The notes beneath the pieces were generated by a model. The model did no database searches. It was not told the origin of the DNA and worked only from the letters and a program-made list of their open reading frames with translations. A stretch of DNA of 63,308 nucleotides, filler included. It is 4 parts of 4 records of this genome, joined end to end, with 100 filler letters (N's around TTAATTAATTAA, not from the genome) between each part and the next. Parts side by side here need not be neighbours in the genome. Positions count along the whole stretch, not along the records: positions 25,221 to 34,456 come from DRR723986_5305; positions 34,557 to 56,578 come from DRR723986_5307; 2 more parts are not named here. One strand, 5' to 3'. Of the stretch, positions 29,212 to 39,886 are shown piece by piece; positions within the stretch are counted from its first letter, which is position 1; the number at the start of each line of letters is the position of its first letter. A program made the translations under genes and the position numbers.

Positions 29212-30251
29212 TGGATGGCGGCCAAAGGGGCGTGCGCACCCCCTGGGACACCCCGCCCGAGGCAGGCCAAGCCATCGAAGTGGCCGAGGGCGTGCTGTGG
29301 ATCAGGCTGCCGCTGCCCATGGCGCTCGATCATGTGAATATCTATGCGCTGGACGAGGGCGATCACTGGAGCATCGTTGATACTGGCGTGAAAACCCGCA
29401 AAAGCGTGGCGATTTGGGAAAATATCCTGCGCGATGTCTTGGGGGGCAAGCCGGTTGGGCGGGTGTTTATCACCCATTACCACCCCGATCACGTGGGTAT
29501 GGCGGGCTGGCTGATCGAGCGTTTTGGCGCCGCGCATTGGACAACCCGCACCTCGTATCTGACATCGCGCATGCTGTGCCTCGATGTCGAAGACGCCCCC
29601 AGCCCGCAGGCCCTGGCCTTTTGGCGCGATGCCGGCATGGATGCCGAGATTTACCAGCGCCGCCTGTCCGAGCGGCCCTTTAACCTGGGCGATATTTCGC
29701 ACCCCATTCCCATTGGCTATCACCGCCTGACCCAGGGCGATGTGGTGCAGGCTGCGGGGCGCAGCTGGGATGTGCATATCGGCCATGGCCATGCCCCCGA
29801 ACACCTGACAATGTGGAGCCGTGATTGCAACCTTGTGATTGCGGGCGATCAGGTGCTTTCGTCTATCAGCCCAAATATTGGCGTGCACCCGGCCGAACCC
29901 ATGGCCGACCCGCTGGCCGATTGGCTGGAAAGCTGCGCGCGGCTGGGCCAGCTTGCGCGCGAATATCATCTGGTGCTGGGCGGGCATAAACTGCCCTTTA
30001 CCGGCCTGCCCATGCGCATGGGGCAATTGGCTGAAAACCACCACGGTGCGCTGAAACGGCTGTTGGCGCTGCTGAAAAACGAACAGGTGGCGGTGGCGTG
30101 TTTTCCGGCGCTGTTCAAGCGCAGCATCGATGCGGGCACCTATGGGCTGGCGCTGTGTGAAACCGTGGCGCATTTAAATTATTTGTTGCTGAAAGGCCAG
30201 GTCACACGGCGGCGCGGCCCTGATGGGGCTTGGCTGTGGAAGGCGGCCTGA
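29208..30251 (+). CDS. MBL-fold metallo-hydrolase
   Basis: VDTG, THYHPDHVG (HxHxDH), GHAPEH, AGDQVL, LGGH. Confidence 0.9.
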   Translation: MMDGGQRGVRTPWDTPPEAGQAIEVAEGVLWIRLPLPMALDHVNIYALDEGDHWSIVDTGVKTRKSVAIWENILRDVLGGKPVGRVFITHYHPDHVGMAGWLIERFGAAHWTTRTSYLTSRMLCLDVEDAPSPQALAFWRDAGMDAEIYQRRLSERPFNLGDISHPIPIGYHRLTQGDVVQAAGRSWDVHIGHGHAPEHLTMWSRDCNLVIAGDQVLSSISPNIGVHPAEPMADPLADWLESCARLGQLAREYHLVLGGHKLPFTGLPMRMGQLAENHHGALKRLLALLKNEQVAVACFPALFKRSIDAGTYGLALCETVAHLNYLLLKGQVTRRRGPDGAWLWKAA

Positions 30252-30359
30252 GCTGGGTTTGAAAACCACGCTGCTGCGGCGCCTTGACTGGTGACAGGGC
30301 GTAAGGAATCCGCTAATCAGCCACAAAGCAACAGGACAGACCAAGCAAGGAAAAGGCAA

Positions 30360-30494
30360 ATGGCTGAACATAAGCACGGCGAAATGGATACTTCGGTGCA
30401 GGAAAAAACCTTTGAAGGGTTTATCGGCGCCACCAAATTTGTGGTGGGTGTCAGCATCGGCATTTTGGTGTTCTTGGCGCTTTTCAACAGCTGA
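30360..30494 (+). CDS. aa3-type cytochrome c oxidase subunit IV
   Basis: MAEHKHGEMDTSVQEKTFEGFI plus a single TM helix. Confidence 0.88.
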   Translation: MAEHKHGEMDTSVQEKTFEGFIGATKFVVGVSIGILVFLALFNS

Positions 30495-30570
30495 TTTGGG
30501 CAGGCCGGGCACTGGCCCGGCACGCCTGTGACCACAGCCAGGCTGTGATCTTTTGCAAAGCGGGTTGCGC

Positions 30571-31188
30571 ATGAAACACGTGGCGGCTGTCCTTTTGGCG
30601 GTTTTGGCCCTGGCGGGCTGCGCCACAAAACCCGAGATCGCCCGCAGCGATGCCGAGCTGCGCGCCGCAGCCTATGTGCATGACGGCCCCCCTGAAATCA
30701 CCCTTTTCACCATGCGTGCCGTGCGCAACGGCGCGGGCGCCCATTCGGCGCTGATGGTGAACGCCAGCCAGCGGGTTATTTTCGACCCGGCCGGATCGTT
30801 TCGCAACCAATCCATCATCCGCAGCGGCGATGTGATTTATGGCGCCCATCCGCCGCTGGTAGATGTGTTTACCCGCTTTCATGCCCGCGAAACCTTTTAT
30901 GTCGAGCGGCAGCGCCTGCCCGTATCGCCGCAATTGGCGCAGGCGCTGTTGCGCGCGGTGCAGGCCAATGGCCGCGTCAGCGACGCCCAATGCGCGCTTA
31001 GCATTTCGCGGATCTTGGCCCAGCACAGCGAATTTGGCATTCGGCCCACATGGTATCCAAATGCGCTGTCTGATCAGTTTGCGCGCATAGCTGGCGTGCA
31101 ATCAGACCAGCTTTATGAATACGATTCAGATGATAACAGCGCGGTGTTGGAAACCTACGATGCCGCCCGCGCCCGCGCGGCGCAGTAG
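30571..31188 (+). CDS. Hypothetical lipoprotein
   Basis: Lipobox LALAG-C after a hydrophobic signal peptide. Confidence 0.75.
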   Translation: MKHVAAVLLAVLALAGCATKPEIARSDAELRAAAYVHDGPPEITLFTMRAVRNGAGAHSALMVNASQRVIFDPAGSFRNQSIIRSGDVIYGAHPPLVDVFTRFHARETFYVERQRLPVSPQLAQALLRAVQANGRVSDAQCALSISRILAQHSEFGIRPTWYPNALSDQFARIAGVQSDQLYEYDSDDNSAVLETYDAARARAAQ

Positions 31189-31222
31189 CAGGCAGGCGCA
31201 CGCAGTCAGGCGCAGGCAGGCG

Positions 31223-31549
31223 CTAACCTTGCAGAAATAGCCCCAGATAGAGCGTGCCCGCGCCCAAAACGATCGATAAGATCACATTGCGCGTGGCATA
31301 GCCCACCGCCAATGTCACGCAGGCCGCGGCCAGGCGCGCGGGGTCTGTCTGGCCCTCTAGGGCGGCAGGCCAGGCCACCAGCGGCGCCACGATTGCGGGC
31401 AAAATCGCCACAGCCGTATAGCGCAGATGCCGCAACAGCCATTCGGGCATGGGGCGGTTGCCGATCAGCCCCAAAAACGCAAAGCGCAAGGCAAAGCTGC
31501 CAAGCCCCAGCAGAACGATCACGATCCATAGGTCGGTTTTATCAATCAT
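31223..31549 (-). CDS. AzlD-family membrane protein
   Basis: Small hydrophobic ORF, LRFAF...LRYTAVAILPAIVAP; ATGA-coupled to the AzlC gene. Confidence 0.8.
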   Translation of the reverse strand: MIDKTDLWIVIVLLGLGSFALRFAFLGLIGNRPMPEWLLRHLRYTAVAILPAIVAPLVAWPAALEGQTDPARLAAACVTLAVGYATRNVILSIVLGAGTLYLGLFLQG

Positions 31550-32265
31550 GGGTCCACCCATGTGCCGCGGGCGCGCAGGCGCAGCTCGATCTGGGCGCCG
31601 GTGATCATGCCTGACAGGCCCGCCACCATCAGCCCTAGGTTAAAGGGTAGCCATGCAAAACCCAGCGCCATACCCACCGAAACCAGCGCCGCGGCCCGGT
31701 GGGCTGCGGTGCGCAACATCGGTGCGGTGAGTGCAATAAAGGTGATGGGCACGGCAAAATCCAAGGCGTAATCGGGCGGAATAGCCGCGCCTGCCCAGGC
31801 GCCCACCAAGGTCATGACATACCACATGGGGCAGACGGGCGTCATGGTGCCAAAGAAATAGGCGGTTTTCTGCGCCAGCCCCCAGCCTTTGTTTTTCTCA
31901 TAGGCCATGACCGAGCAGGCATAGGTTTGATCCACCAGAAAATAGGCAATCAACCCGCGTTGCCAAAAAGGGGCCGCGCCCAAATGCGGTGTCAGCGCGG
32001 CTGAATACATGGCCATGCGCAGATTAACCGCCAAAGCCGAGGCCAAGGCCACAAAGGTGGGGGCGTTATCTTGCAGCAATTGCAGGGCGGTAAATTGCGC
32101 AGCGCCTGCAATCACCACCACGGAAAAAGCCAGCGCTTCGAATACGTTCAGCCCTGCCTCGGCCGATACGACGCCAAAGAGCATTGCAAAGGGCGAGACG
32201 ACGAAAATAAAGGGCGCGCCATCGCGCACGCCCTGCCAATAGGCCGATTTTGCCCTGTCTGCCAT
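31546..32265 (-). CDS. AzlC-family permease
   Basis: GVRDGAP, IAGAAQF, VNLRMAMYSA, LVDQTYA, LDFAVPITF. Confidence 0.88.
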   Translation of the reverse strand: MADRAKSAYWQGVRDGAPFIFVVSPFAMLFGVVSAEAGLNVFEALAFSVVVIAGAAQFTALQLLQDNAPTFVALASALAVNLRMAMYSAALTPHLGAAPFWQRGLIAYFLVDQTYACSVMAYEKNKGWGLAQKTAYFFGTMTPVCPMWYVMTLVGAWAGAAIPPDYALDFAVPITFIALTAPMLRTAAHRAAALVSVGMALGFAWLPFNLGLMVAGLSGMITGAQIELRLRARGTWVDP

Positions 32266-32334
32266 GCATTCACCTGTTGATCTTGGGCACGGCCTAGCCG
32301 GGTTTGGGCGCTGATGCAATTGCCGGGGCGTGGA

Positions 32335-33354
32335 TCAGTCGAAAATACCTGCCACGCGGCCCAGCAGCATAAAGGCGCGGGCGGTGCGGGTTTGGGCCAG
32401 ATCCTGTATTTCGGCATCTGTGGCCTCGATTTCGAACTCTTGAAAGGCCTTGTCAAAGCGGCGCAGGAAATGATGCGCCGCGTCGCGGAAAACCGGGTCT
32501 TGCTTCATCCGCCCGGCCACCAGCGCCAGCGATGTGCGGTCGCGTATGCCACCCAGGGCCGCAATCTGGCGCCCGCGCTCGCCCGCGGCAAAGCGGCGCC
32601 ACAATTCGGGGCGTGCCATATCGGGGCGCATGTCATCGGTGTAAATACCCTCTTGGCTTAGCAGGGTCAGCACGTCTTGGCTGGCATTGATCAGCGCCTT
32701 TGCCTTGCGGTCGCGCAGCGCCTTGCGCAGGGCGGCGAAACCTTCGGTATCATCCGTGGTTTCGGGAAAGTTCAAGGCGCGAATAAAATCGGCCCGCGCC
32801 AATAGGGGCGCAAAATCATCAGGTTGCGTGCCAAGGGGCAAATGCGCCTGTTCGGTGCTGTCTGCGGGTGCGGCAGGGGGGGGCGTGGGGCGCAAGGGCG
32901 CAAGGGGCCGCTCGCGGGTGCTGCTAAAGGTGGCCAGCACCGTTTCGGCCTTTTTGGTGGCGGCGGCAATTTCGTCTAGTTTCTTGTTCACCGACGGTTC
33001 GCTGGCCATACCGCGCCCCTGGGCCTGGGCCACATAGGCCTGCCGGATGGCATCGATGGCGGTTTGCAAGCGTTGGCTTTCTTCGCGCATGATTTTGCTG
33101 GTGCGCGCGGCAATGGCCGCAACCCAAATCATGGCAACGGGCAAAAACACCGCCAGCATCACCATAAGCCCCTGCAAAACCGGGCTTTCACCGCCGGTGC
33201 CTGGGCCCAAGACAAAGAAAAACACCGCCGCGCCCAAAAGCCACAGCGCCGATAGCAGCACAGCCACAATCTCGATTCCCGTTATCGCATTGCGAACGGG
33301 GCGGTCATAAAGCCCGATGCCGGATTGTTTGATATGGGCGGACTTTTTGTCCAT
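32335..33354 (-). CDS. Hypothetical membrane-anchored protein (2 TM, coiled coil, soluble C-terminal domain)
   Basis: 339-aa ORF with two N-terminal hydrophobic helices, helical linker, Pro-rich spacer. Confidence 0.75.
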   Translation of the reverse strand: MDKKSAHIKQSGIGLYDRPVRNAITGIEIVAVLLSALWLLGAAVFFFVLGPGTGGESPVLQGLMVMLAVFLPVAMIWVAAIAARTSKIMREESQRLQTAIDAIRQAYVAQAQGRGMASEPSVNKKLDEIAAATKKAETVLATFSSTRERPLAPLRPTPPPAAPADSTEQAHLPLGTQPDDFAPLLARADFIRALNFPETTDDTEGFAALRKALRDRKAKALINASQDVLTLLSQEGIYTDDMRPDMARPELWRRFAAGERGRQIAALGGIRDRTSLALVAGRMKQDPVFRDAAHHFLRRFDKAFQEFEIEATDAEIQDLAQTRTARAFMLLGRVAGIFD

Positions 33355-33379
33355 CAGCGGGAAAACCCCAAACTAACAC

Positions 33380-33850
33380 TTAGATAAATGCAACCTTTAC
33401 AACTTCGTAGCTTTTCTGCCCGCCAGGCGTGCGCACCTCGACCACGTCACCCTCTTCTTTGCCAATCAATGCGCGCGCGATGGGCGACTTCATGTTCAGC
33501 AGGCCTTTTTCAATATTGGCCTCGTGTTCGCCCACGATCTGCCAGGTTTTTTCTTCTTCGGTGTCTTCGTCAAACAAGGTAACAGTGGCGCCAAATTTGA
33601 TGGCGCCCGACAGGCCTTTTGGGTCGATCACCTCGGCCAGGCTGATCACGCCTTCCAATTCCTTGATCCGCCCCTCGATGAAAGACTGCTTTTCACGCGC
33701 CGAATGATATTCGGCGTTTTCGCTTAGGTCGCCATGTTCGCGCGCCTCGGCGATGGCCTTGATAATGGCCGGCCGCTCGACAGATTTCAGGTGCTTTAGT
33801 TCCACCTCTAGCGCGCTATGTCCTGCGCGTGTCATTGGTATTTTTTCCAT
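33380..33850 (-). CDS. greA: Transcription elongation factor GreA
   Basis: MEKIPMT...[16 protein letters not shown]...[10 protein letters not shown]; start reassigned to ATG 33850. Confidence 0.96.
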   Translation of the reverse strand: MEKIPMTRAGHSALEVELKHLKSVERPAIIKAIAEAREHGDLSENAEYHSAREKQSFIEGRIKELEGVISLAEVIDPKGLSGAIKFGATVTLFDEDTEEEKTWQIVGEHEANIEKGLLNMKSPIARALIGKEEGDVVEVRTPGGQKSYEVVKVAFI

Positions 33851-34127
33851 CGTCGTTCCCTGCGCGCGCAAATGCGCAATCCGTGTTAATCTGCTGCCCA
33901 ATGCAATTTGGGGCTGGCCCAAGGTGCATAATGGGCGTTGAACATGCAATAGACGATGCAAAGCCGCGGCGCAATTATGCCCCTTTGGCCGCCGATCTGC
34001 CTGCCTGCGACGATCGGGCAAGACGTTTTTGGCCAGTTTAACGTCGAGTTGCGATTGACGGGCAATGCTGCAGCGCGCTAACCACGGCGGAATATTGTTG
34101 CGCGCGAAAACCTAATGGGGGGCTGGC

Positions 34128-34456
34128 ATGGCTGAAATCGAACGTGAAGCGATGGAATATGACGTTGTCATCGTTGGGGCAGGCCCGGCTGGTCTGTCGG
34201 CGGCGATCCGTCTGAAACAGCTGGATGCTGATCTGAATGTGGTGGTCTTGGAAAAGGGGTCCGAGGTGGGCGCGCATATTCTGTCGGGCGCGGTGCTGGA
34301 TCCTTGTGGCTTGGATGCGCTGATCCCCGATTGGAAAGAAAAAGGCGCTCCGCTGAACACGCCTGTGCGCGAAGATAACTTTTACATGCTGGGCGAGGCG
34401 GGTGAAATACGCATCCCCAACTTCCCCATGCCGCCGCTGATGAACAACCACGGCAA
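34128..34456 (+). CDS. Electron transfer flavoprotein-ubiquinone oxidoreductase (partial)
   Basis: [26 protein letters not shown]...[15 protein letters not shown]. Confidence 0.93.
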
Positions 34457-34556
34457 NNNNNNNNNNNNNNNNNNNNNNNNNNNNNNNNNNNNNNNNNNNN
34501 TTAATTAATTAANNNNNNNNNNNNNNNNNNNNNNNNNNNNNNNNNNNNNNNNNNNN
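34457..34556. other. Artificial contig spacer
   Basis: N44-TTAATTAATTAA-N44. Confidence 0.98.
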
Positions 34557-35217
34557 CAACTCCAGCATCCACTAGCGCCCGACCAAACTCTACTTGTCTC
34601 GTAGAGGGGTAATCCAAGAATTCAAGTCCCCAGTGGATTGAGCAAATAAGAAAACCAGGGCAGTTGGCTCTGAGCCTTTCAACTTCCGCAAGCAATGCTT
34701 CGTGGTCCTGCCGGTTACTGTAAGGGAGACTATCTTTGTCTTCTGCCCATTCCTCAGGTCTTAATGAAACGTTAAACAAATGGCTATCCAGGCCACCGTG
34801 CGAAATGACATGGACATTAGTGCTTCCTGAGGCCTCGAGACCGATTACGTCCATACCAGATTTTCGAATGTTGGAAACTGTGTCCCGAAACGCCGGTTCT
34901 CCATGCTGCATAGCGTGATTGTTAGCAACACCCAGAACATCAATGCCGACCTGGTTTAGGAATCGAAGGTGCTCTGGATTGCCACGCATTTCGAATGAGG
35001 CCAATTTCCGCGACTCCAACCCGACATCAGAGGTAACTGTCTCCAGATTACCGATAACAATGTCTGCGCCCTCAAAGCACTCCGTCATTTCTTCAAGAAT
35101 ACTAAATCCTCGCCTGCTGAACGCACTTCTCATGCCGTGCCCAACACAGACAGGGTGGTCTCCAAGCGAAATATCTCCAACCGCCGAGATCTTTAGGTTT
35201 TTATTTGCCTTCGTCAT
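34557..35217 (-). CDS. CapA/PGA_cap-family metallophosphoesterase-fold protein (partial)
   Basis: AVGDISLG, IGNLE, ANNHAMQHG, SIHWG, LVDAG. Confidence 0.82.
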
Positions 35218-36469
35218 TTATATCCAGATCCTGAAAAAAATAGGTGTGCTTTCCGCTGCGCATAAAACGCTCTCCGGCGTAAACGGCTTTAATCAAATCC
35301 TGCGACACGCTCAACTGCGCCTGCAACTCTGTGTTAATCCAGCGTCTGAGATGCGCATCACCAAGATGAGGTTCGGAAGATACATGGAGATGAAAAATGC
35401 CGTATTCGGTTTGTGATACCGTGAACCTAAAGCAGTCGTTAAACTCTTTCATATACGCATCTATAGCCCGGCCAAATACAACAGCGTGGAACTTAGTGTT
35501 TTTTGTCAAATAGCCGAATTGCTGTGCAGTCCGCCCATGCAGTTCCTCAATGACTCCTTTTCCGCCAAGCAATTCGCAACCACTATCACGAAGTTCCGCA
35601 GCATCTCCCAACTTGTAACGCACTATGCTTTGAGATTTGCGAGAGACATCCGTGATCAACACCGTGTCTTCTTCTTCCTCAACACAAAGCCAGGGATTCA
35701 CCAAGTGCAAATGCCCTCTTGAACATTCAAAGGCGATGACATCGAACTCGGTGGACCCATATTCCTCAAAAACCGGAGCTCCAAACACCTCTGCGATAAA
35801 CTTCTTCTGCGCGGGCAGGATCGACTCCGCCGTGCAGATCACGGCTTTTACGCCCCTTGGCTTAAGTCCCTTCTTTTGCGCAATCTGCGCGGCCTCAAGG
35901 ATGAGCGACGTATATCCATACAGATACTCAGGGCTCCACTTGACCAGTTTTTCAACCGTTTCTTCAGCACCATCCTCCGCCGGGTAGAACACCTTACGGT
36001 TCAACAAAAAATCGCGGATCTTTGCCGTTAGGGAATTGGCTGCCCTACCCCATACTCGCGCTTCTCTCTGACCAAGTTTCAGACCGTGCTTGCTATAGCA
36101 ATACGCCCTGACGGCAAGCATCTGCGCCAGCTCAGTTCTGGACAGAGAAATATGTGTTGGCTCTCCGGTAGTGCCCGCAGTGTGCCGGGAAAAACTCGAT
36201 GCCACAGTGCTGCTGGCAGCGGACATTGCTCTGAGATCAGCCTTGCTCATTGGCGGTCTATCCGGCAATTCCGACAGAGAATGCACTGCCACACCCTGGG
36301 CATCTTTAGGCTGATTCTTGTTGAGTATACAAGACAGGCGCTGCAGTCTTTCGTTTGGCTCTAACCCCCAAAGGTCCTCTACTTCAGCCTGAAACCTGGC
36401 AACAGAAAGCCGCAGAACCAGGTAGGTTAAGCGCGCCAAGACATACCGAAAAAAGAACAAAGCCTTCAA
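35201..36469 (-). CDS. PaaK/CapK-like adenylate-forming ligase
   Basis: HTAGTTGEP (P-loop like), EEYGSTEF, AFEC, IVRYKLGD, LHGR. Confidence 0.75.
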   Translation of the reverse strand: MKALFFFRYVLARLTYLVLRLSVARFQAEVEDLWGLEPNERLQRLSCILNKNQPKDAQGVAVHSLSELPDRPPMSKADLRAMSAASSTVASSFSRHTAGTTGEPTHISLSRTELAQMLAVRAYCYSKHGLKLGQREARVWGRAANSLTAKIRDFLLNRKVFYPAEDGAEETVEKLVKWSPEYLYGYTSLILEAAQIAQKKGLKPRGVKAVICTAESILPAQKKFIAEVFGAPVFEEYGSTEFDVIAFECSRGHLHLVNPWLCVEEEEDTVLITDVSRKSQSIVRYKLGDAAELRDSGCELLGGKGVIEELHGRTAQQFGYLTKNTKFHAVVFGRAIDAYMKEFNDCFRFTVSQTEYGIFHLHVSSEPHLGDAHLRRWINTELQAQLSVSQDLIKAVYAGERFMRSGKHTYFFQDLDINDEGK

Positions 36470-37590
36470 GATGCCACCACCCCGTTATATACGCGCAGAT
36501 ACTGTTCGGCCATTGATCTTGCAGACAACTCTCCGGAGACTTTATGAAAAGCGTGCTCAGTTTTCCGATGAGTGGCCTCTGTCTCGTTGAGCACGAGTTC
36601 TATGGCATCAACCAACTGTGAAGCAGGATCCTTTACCAGAACGCCGCTATCCCCTTCATCAAGAACAAACGAGATCTCGCCAACGTCGGTAGATACAACG
36701 GGCAAGCGGACAGCCATCGCTTCTAGCAAGGTGATTGGCAAGCCCTCGGTAGACGAGGAAATAACCAAAGCAGACGAGCGCGCCATCAAAGCAGGCACAT
36801 TGTCGCAATACCCGGGCAAGCAGACATCGCTACCAAGACCGAGACGTGCAACCTGGTCTTCCAGATCCTTACGCAGCATTCCATCGCCAACAATCAGCAA
36901 TCCAGCTTTAGGAGCAGATTTTTTGATCTCACGGAAGCTATCAACAAGATGACTGAAGCCCTTTTCCTTGGATAGACGACCAACCCCGAGAATCACCGGC
37001 TCATGGGTGCTAAAAAAGTCTTCCAACGCCTCTGGCAAGGGTTCAGATGCCATGCGCTGGGTGTCGTCTACCGCCAGTCCGTTTCTTATTGTCGTTAGGT
37101 GACGGGGACGAATCAGGCCCGTTGATAGCTCCTTCTTCATCGCCGCGCCAACCATGATCACTCCATCTAACCGACTGATCGCCAGTCGATCAAGCAATTC
37201 ATACACCCACATCCTGGAAAAGCGAGGCGCGTGAACATACCCGTGCAAGGTACTCACAACGGGAACCTTCCGACTAAACCGACCAAAGAGAGACATCAGA
37301 ATATTGAACTTGTAACCGTGAGAATGCACTAGTTCGACGCCCCAATGCTCGGCCCACTCACAAATTTTCCGAGTTTCCGGGTAGTTCAAGCCCGGAGTCA
37401 TTCGCCAAACGACAAGCGGCAATCCCAATTTCTCAGCCTCGATCTCAAGCGGCTTTTGGTGAATCCCCTGCTCGCCGGCACTGAGAATCATGGGCTCCAG
37501 CCCCTGCTTGATTTGCTCTGCTACCAGAGCCAACAGCATTCGCTCTGCGCCGTACAGGCCGCCACTATCAATCAGGTGCAATACCTTCAA
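36466..37590 (-). CDS. Glycosyltransferase family 4
   Basis: LYGAERM, VHSHGYK, VGRLSKEKG, SSTEGLPITLLEAMA (ExxxxxxxE). Confidence 0.92.
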   Translation of the reverse strand: MKVLHLIDSGGLYGAERMLLALVAEQIKQGLEPMILSAGEQGIHQKPLEIEAEKLGLPLVVWRMTPGLNYPETRKICEWAEHWGVELVHSHGYKFNILMSLFGRFSRKVPVVSTLHGYVHAPRFSRMWVYELLDRLAISRLDGVIMVGAAMKKELSTGLIRPRHLTTIRNGLAVDDTQRMASEPLPEALEDFFSTHEPVILGVGRLSKEKGFSHLVDSFREIKKSAPKAGLLIVGDGMLRKDLEDQVARLGLGSDVCLPGYCDNVPALMARSSALVISSSTEGLPITLLEAMAVRLPVVSTDVGEISFVLDEGDSGVLVKDPASQLVDAIELVLNETEATHRKTEHAFHKVSGELSARSMAEQYLRVYNGVVAS

Positions 37591-38729
37591 CTGGAACGCT
37601 CCCTGGCCGCGAGGCTCTCCACTCCGGATGGATTACCCGCCTTCGGTGAGCGTCCAGGCTTTGCTCCCACTACTTCATAGCGGTGCTTTAATCGCAGGAA
37701 TCGTTTTTCGAGAAAATGGTAAGACGCTGAGGCAAGCACACCACTGAGAATCACGCCAGCCAGGAGCTGTAACCACTCGGGGAGAAAATTCAGTTTGTCG
37801 CCGGCCTGCAGGCCCCATACATGCCACAGATAGATCGGGTAGGATATAACTCCGAGATAGACCGACACAGGGTGATTCATCCAGCCCCAGAAAGCCCCTG
37901 AGCTAAGCCTGATCAATTGCAACAATAGAATCGCGAGTAACAACGCATCAACCGTAAACGCCGGGCCGTAGGCATAATCGCCGCTGCCGTACTCTTTTGA
38001 CAGGAACAACAGGCCCAAGGGGATAAAAGGCATCCAGAACCGGCTGCTGATGCTATTGAAAACAGACAGCCAACGCGGCTTTTGCGCCAGAAACGCCAAA
38101 AGGCATCCCAGAGCCAGATTATCAAATCGCGTATCAAACGCGTTGTAGGCGTAGGATGGTCCGTAGTCGAGGTAGGTGTAGGAATAGGAGCGCCAGGCCA
38201 ATACAACCAAACTGGCAATAATCAGGAAAGCAACCGCGTACTCCCGGCCGCGCCTCATCAGAAATACGAAAAGCATCGGCCAGATCAGATAGAACTGCTC
38301 TTCAATGGCCAGAGACCACACATGCGCAATGGACGACGACGAATGTCCCTCCAGCGCGTTGTGGTAGTTCATAAAATAGAACAAGCCGGGGACTATGGCT
38401 TCTTTGATGTCGTCATTTCCGCGGAACAAATCCCACGAAATCGATACCAGTAAGAAGGCGTAGTAAGCCGGGAAGATGCGAAGAGACCGGCGCATGTAAA
38501 ACTTTCTGAATGAAACGGTTCCCGTTTTGGCATGTTCCTTTAGCAAGAGCCAGGTAATCAAAAACCCACTCAGAACGAAGAAGCCAGCCACGCCATGGCG
38601 TGCCGAAAAGAACAGCGTGCCTACCCCTGAGTGAGCCAGTACCACTGCCATCACGGCAACCATTCGAAATCCATCAAGCCCGGGGAGTTTTTTCTCCTCC
38701 AGCAAGGCTTCCAGGTTGGGCAATGCCAT
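37587..38729 (-). CDS. Acyltransferase family 3 (membrane O-acyltransferase)
   Basis: LDGFRMVAV..VVLAH, FFVLSGFLIT, RRSLRIFPAY, WSLAIEEQFY, ISYPIYLWH. Confidence 0.92.
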   Translation of the reverse strand: MALPNLEALLEEKKLPGLDGFRMVAVMAVVLAHSGVGTLFFSARHGVAGFFVLSGFLITWLLLKEHAKTGTVSFRKFYMRRSLRIFPAYYAFLLVSISWDLFRGNDDIKEAIVPGLFYFMNYHNALEGHSSSSIAHVWSLAIEEQFYLIWPMLFVFLMRRGREYAVAFLIIASLVVLAWRSYSYTYLDYGPSYAYNAFDTRFDNLALGCLLAFLAQKPRWLSVFNSISSRFWMPFIPLGLLFLSKEYGSGDYAYGPAFTVDALLLAILLLQLIRLSSGAFWGWMNHPVSVYLGVISYPIYLWHVWGLQAGDKLNFLPEWLQLLAGVILSGVLASASYHFLEKRFLRLKHRYEVVGAKPGRSPKAGNPSGVESLAARERSS

Positions 38730-39886
38730 TATCCCTTCCTTGGGTTCCAGACAACCTTCTTCTCGCCCTTGGCGAAGGCGACAAATGCCTTAAAGGACGC
38801 AAGGTTTAACAATATGAAGTAGTAAGGCAGGGCATACACGGTAGAAAGCGATTGCCCCCGGCTCTCTTTTTGATAGCCCGCCCACGCGAAATAGAGAAAC
38901 AGGCCGTACCCTATCGCGGCTAACGCATACAACCCTTTCACCGGCGCCAGGTAAAGGGCAGCAATCGCAAGGGTTATCATCGGTGCAAAGGCCGCGTAGC
39001 GCAGCAGCTTGTGGGAGATAAGCTGCCAGGCAAACACTGGATCGTTGGTCGGGCTCATGAGCTGTTTCATGTCTTTGAGCGCCCACAGGGCACGCAGGCT
39101 TACCCGCACCCGCATGCTGAATTCACTGCCCCCATCGCTTAAGGCTTCTTCCTTGAGCAGCGCCCCAGGTTCATAAACAACGCGGTACCCCTGTTCAACC
39201 ACTTTGAGTGGCTGAACAAAATCCGGCAACTGATCGGCATTCAGCTCGGAGTGCAGTTCTTTACGCATGGCGTCAATGCCACCGTCAACGCCTACCACAG
39301 AGCCTACCAGAGTCTCCTGTGCCCTGAGCCAGTTCTCATACTTCATGTAAGCGCTGCAGCCGTCGCCAATCAGGGCGCCCTCCGGGTTCACGTAGACCAT
39401 TTTTCCGGTTACGTATCCCACCGCTGGGTCATTGAAGTTACTCACCAGTGCTTTCAGGGCTTGTTGATCCCATTCGGAGTTGGCATCCGAAAACGCCAGG
39501 ATATCCCCCTCCGCATGCTGTTTGAGCATGTTGAGCCCTGCGGTTTTGCCCTGACGGGGTACCTGACGAAACAGTTTGACCGGGAAAGGCGCATCCGCGG
39601 CAACCGCCTGGACAATCTCGTCGGTTCCGTCCTCCGACTCATCGGAAACCACCAGGATCTCCAATTGCTCCCTGGGATAGACCAACGCCAGCTTGTTTCT
39701 GAGCGTAGCCTCAATATCTTTGGCCTCGTTGTATGCGGCGATAAGAATCGAGACTTTCGGCTGGTCAGCGCCGCTTTTGTCTACGGGCAAGGGTCGTGCG
39801 GATGCCAGCAGTCTGATACAGACGGGATAGCCGAAGTAGATGTAAGCCAACAACAGGAAAGATATCCAGAAAACTGCGACCATCAT
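38729..39886 (-). CDS. Glycosyltransferase family 2 with TM anchors
   Basis: VSILIAAYNE, GKTAGLN, FSDAN, DQLPDF, SHKLLRY. Confidence 0.9.
   Translation of the reverse strand: MMVAVFWISFLLLAYIYFGYPVCIRLLASARPLPVDKSGADQPKVSILIAAYNEAKDIEATLRNKLALVYPREQLEILVVSDESEDGTDEIVQAVAADAPFPVKLFRQVPRQGKTAGLNMLKQHAEGDILAFSDANSEWDQQALKALVSNFNDPAVGYVTGKMVYVNPEGALIGDGCSAYMKYENWLRAQETLVGSVVGVDGGIDAMRKELHSELNADQLPDFVQPLKVVEQGYRVVYEPGALLKEEALSDGGSEFSMRVRVSLRALWALKDMKQLMSPTNDPVFAWQLISHKLLRYAAFAPMITLAIAALYLAPVKGLYALAAIGYGLFLYFAWAGYQKESRGQSLSTVYALPYYFILLNLASFKAFVAFAKGEKKVVWNPRKG

Noticed and set aside
24959..35217. Functional links across spacers (e.g. tRNA-Cys with moaB, ETF-QO with capA-like)
   Set aside because: Adjacency is an artefact of contig concatenation.
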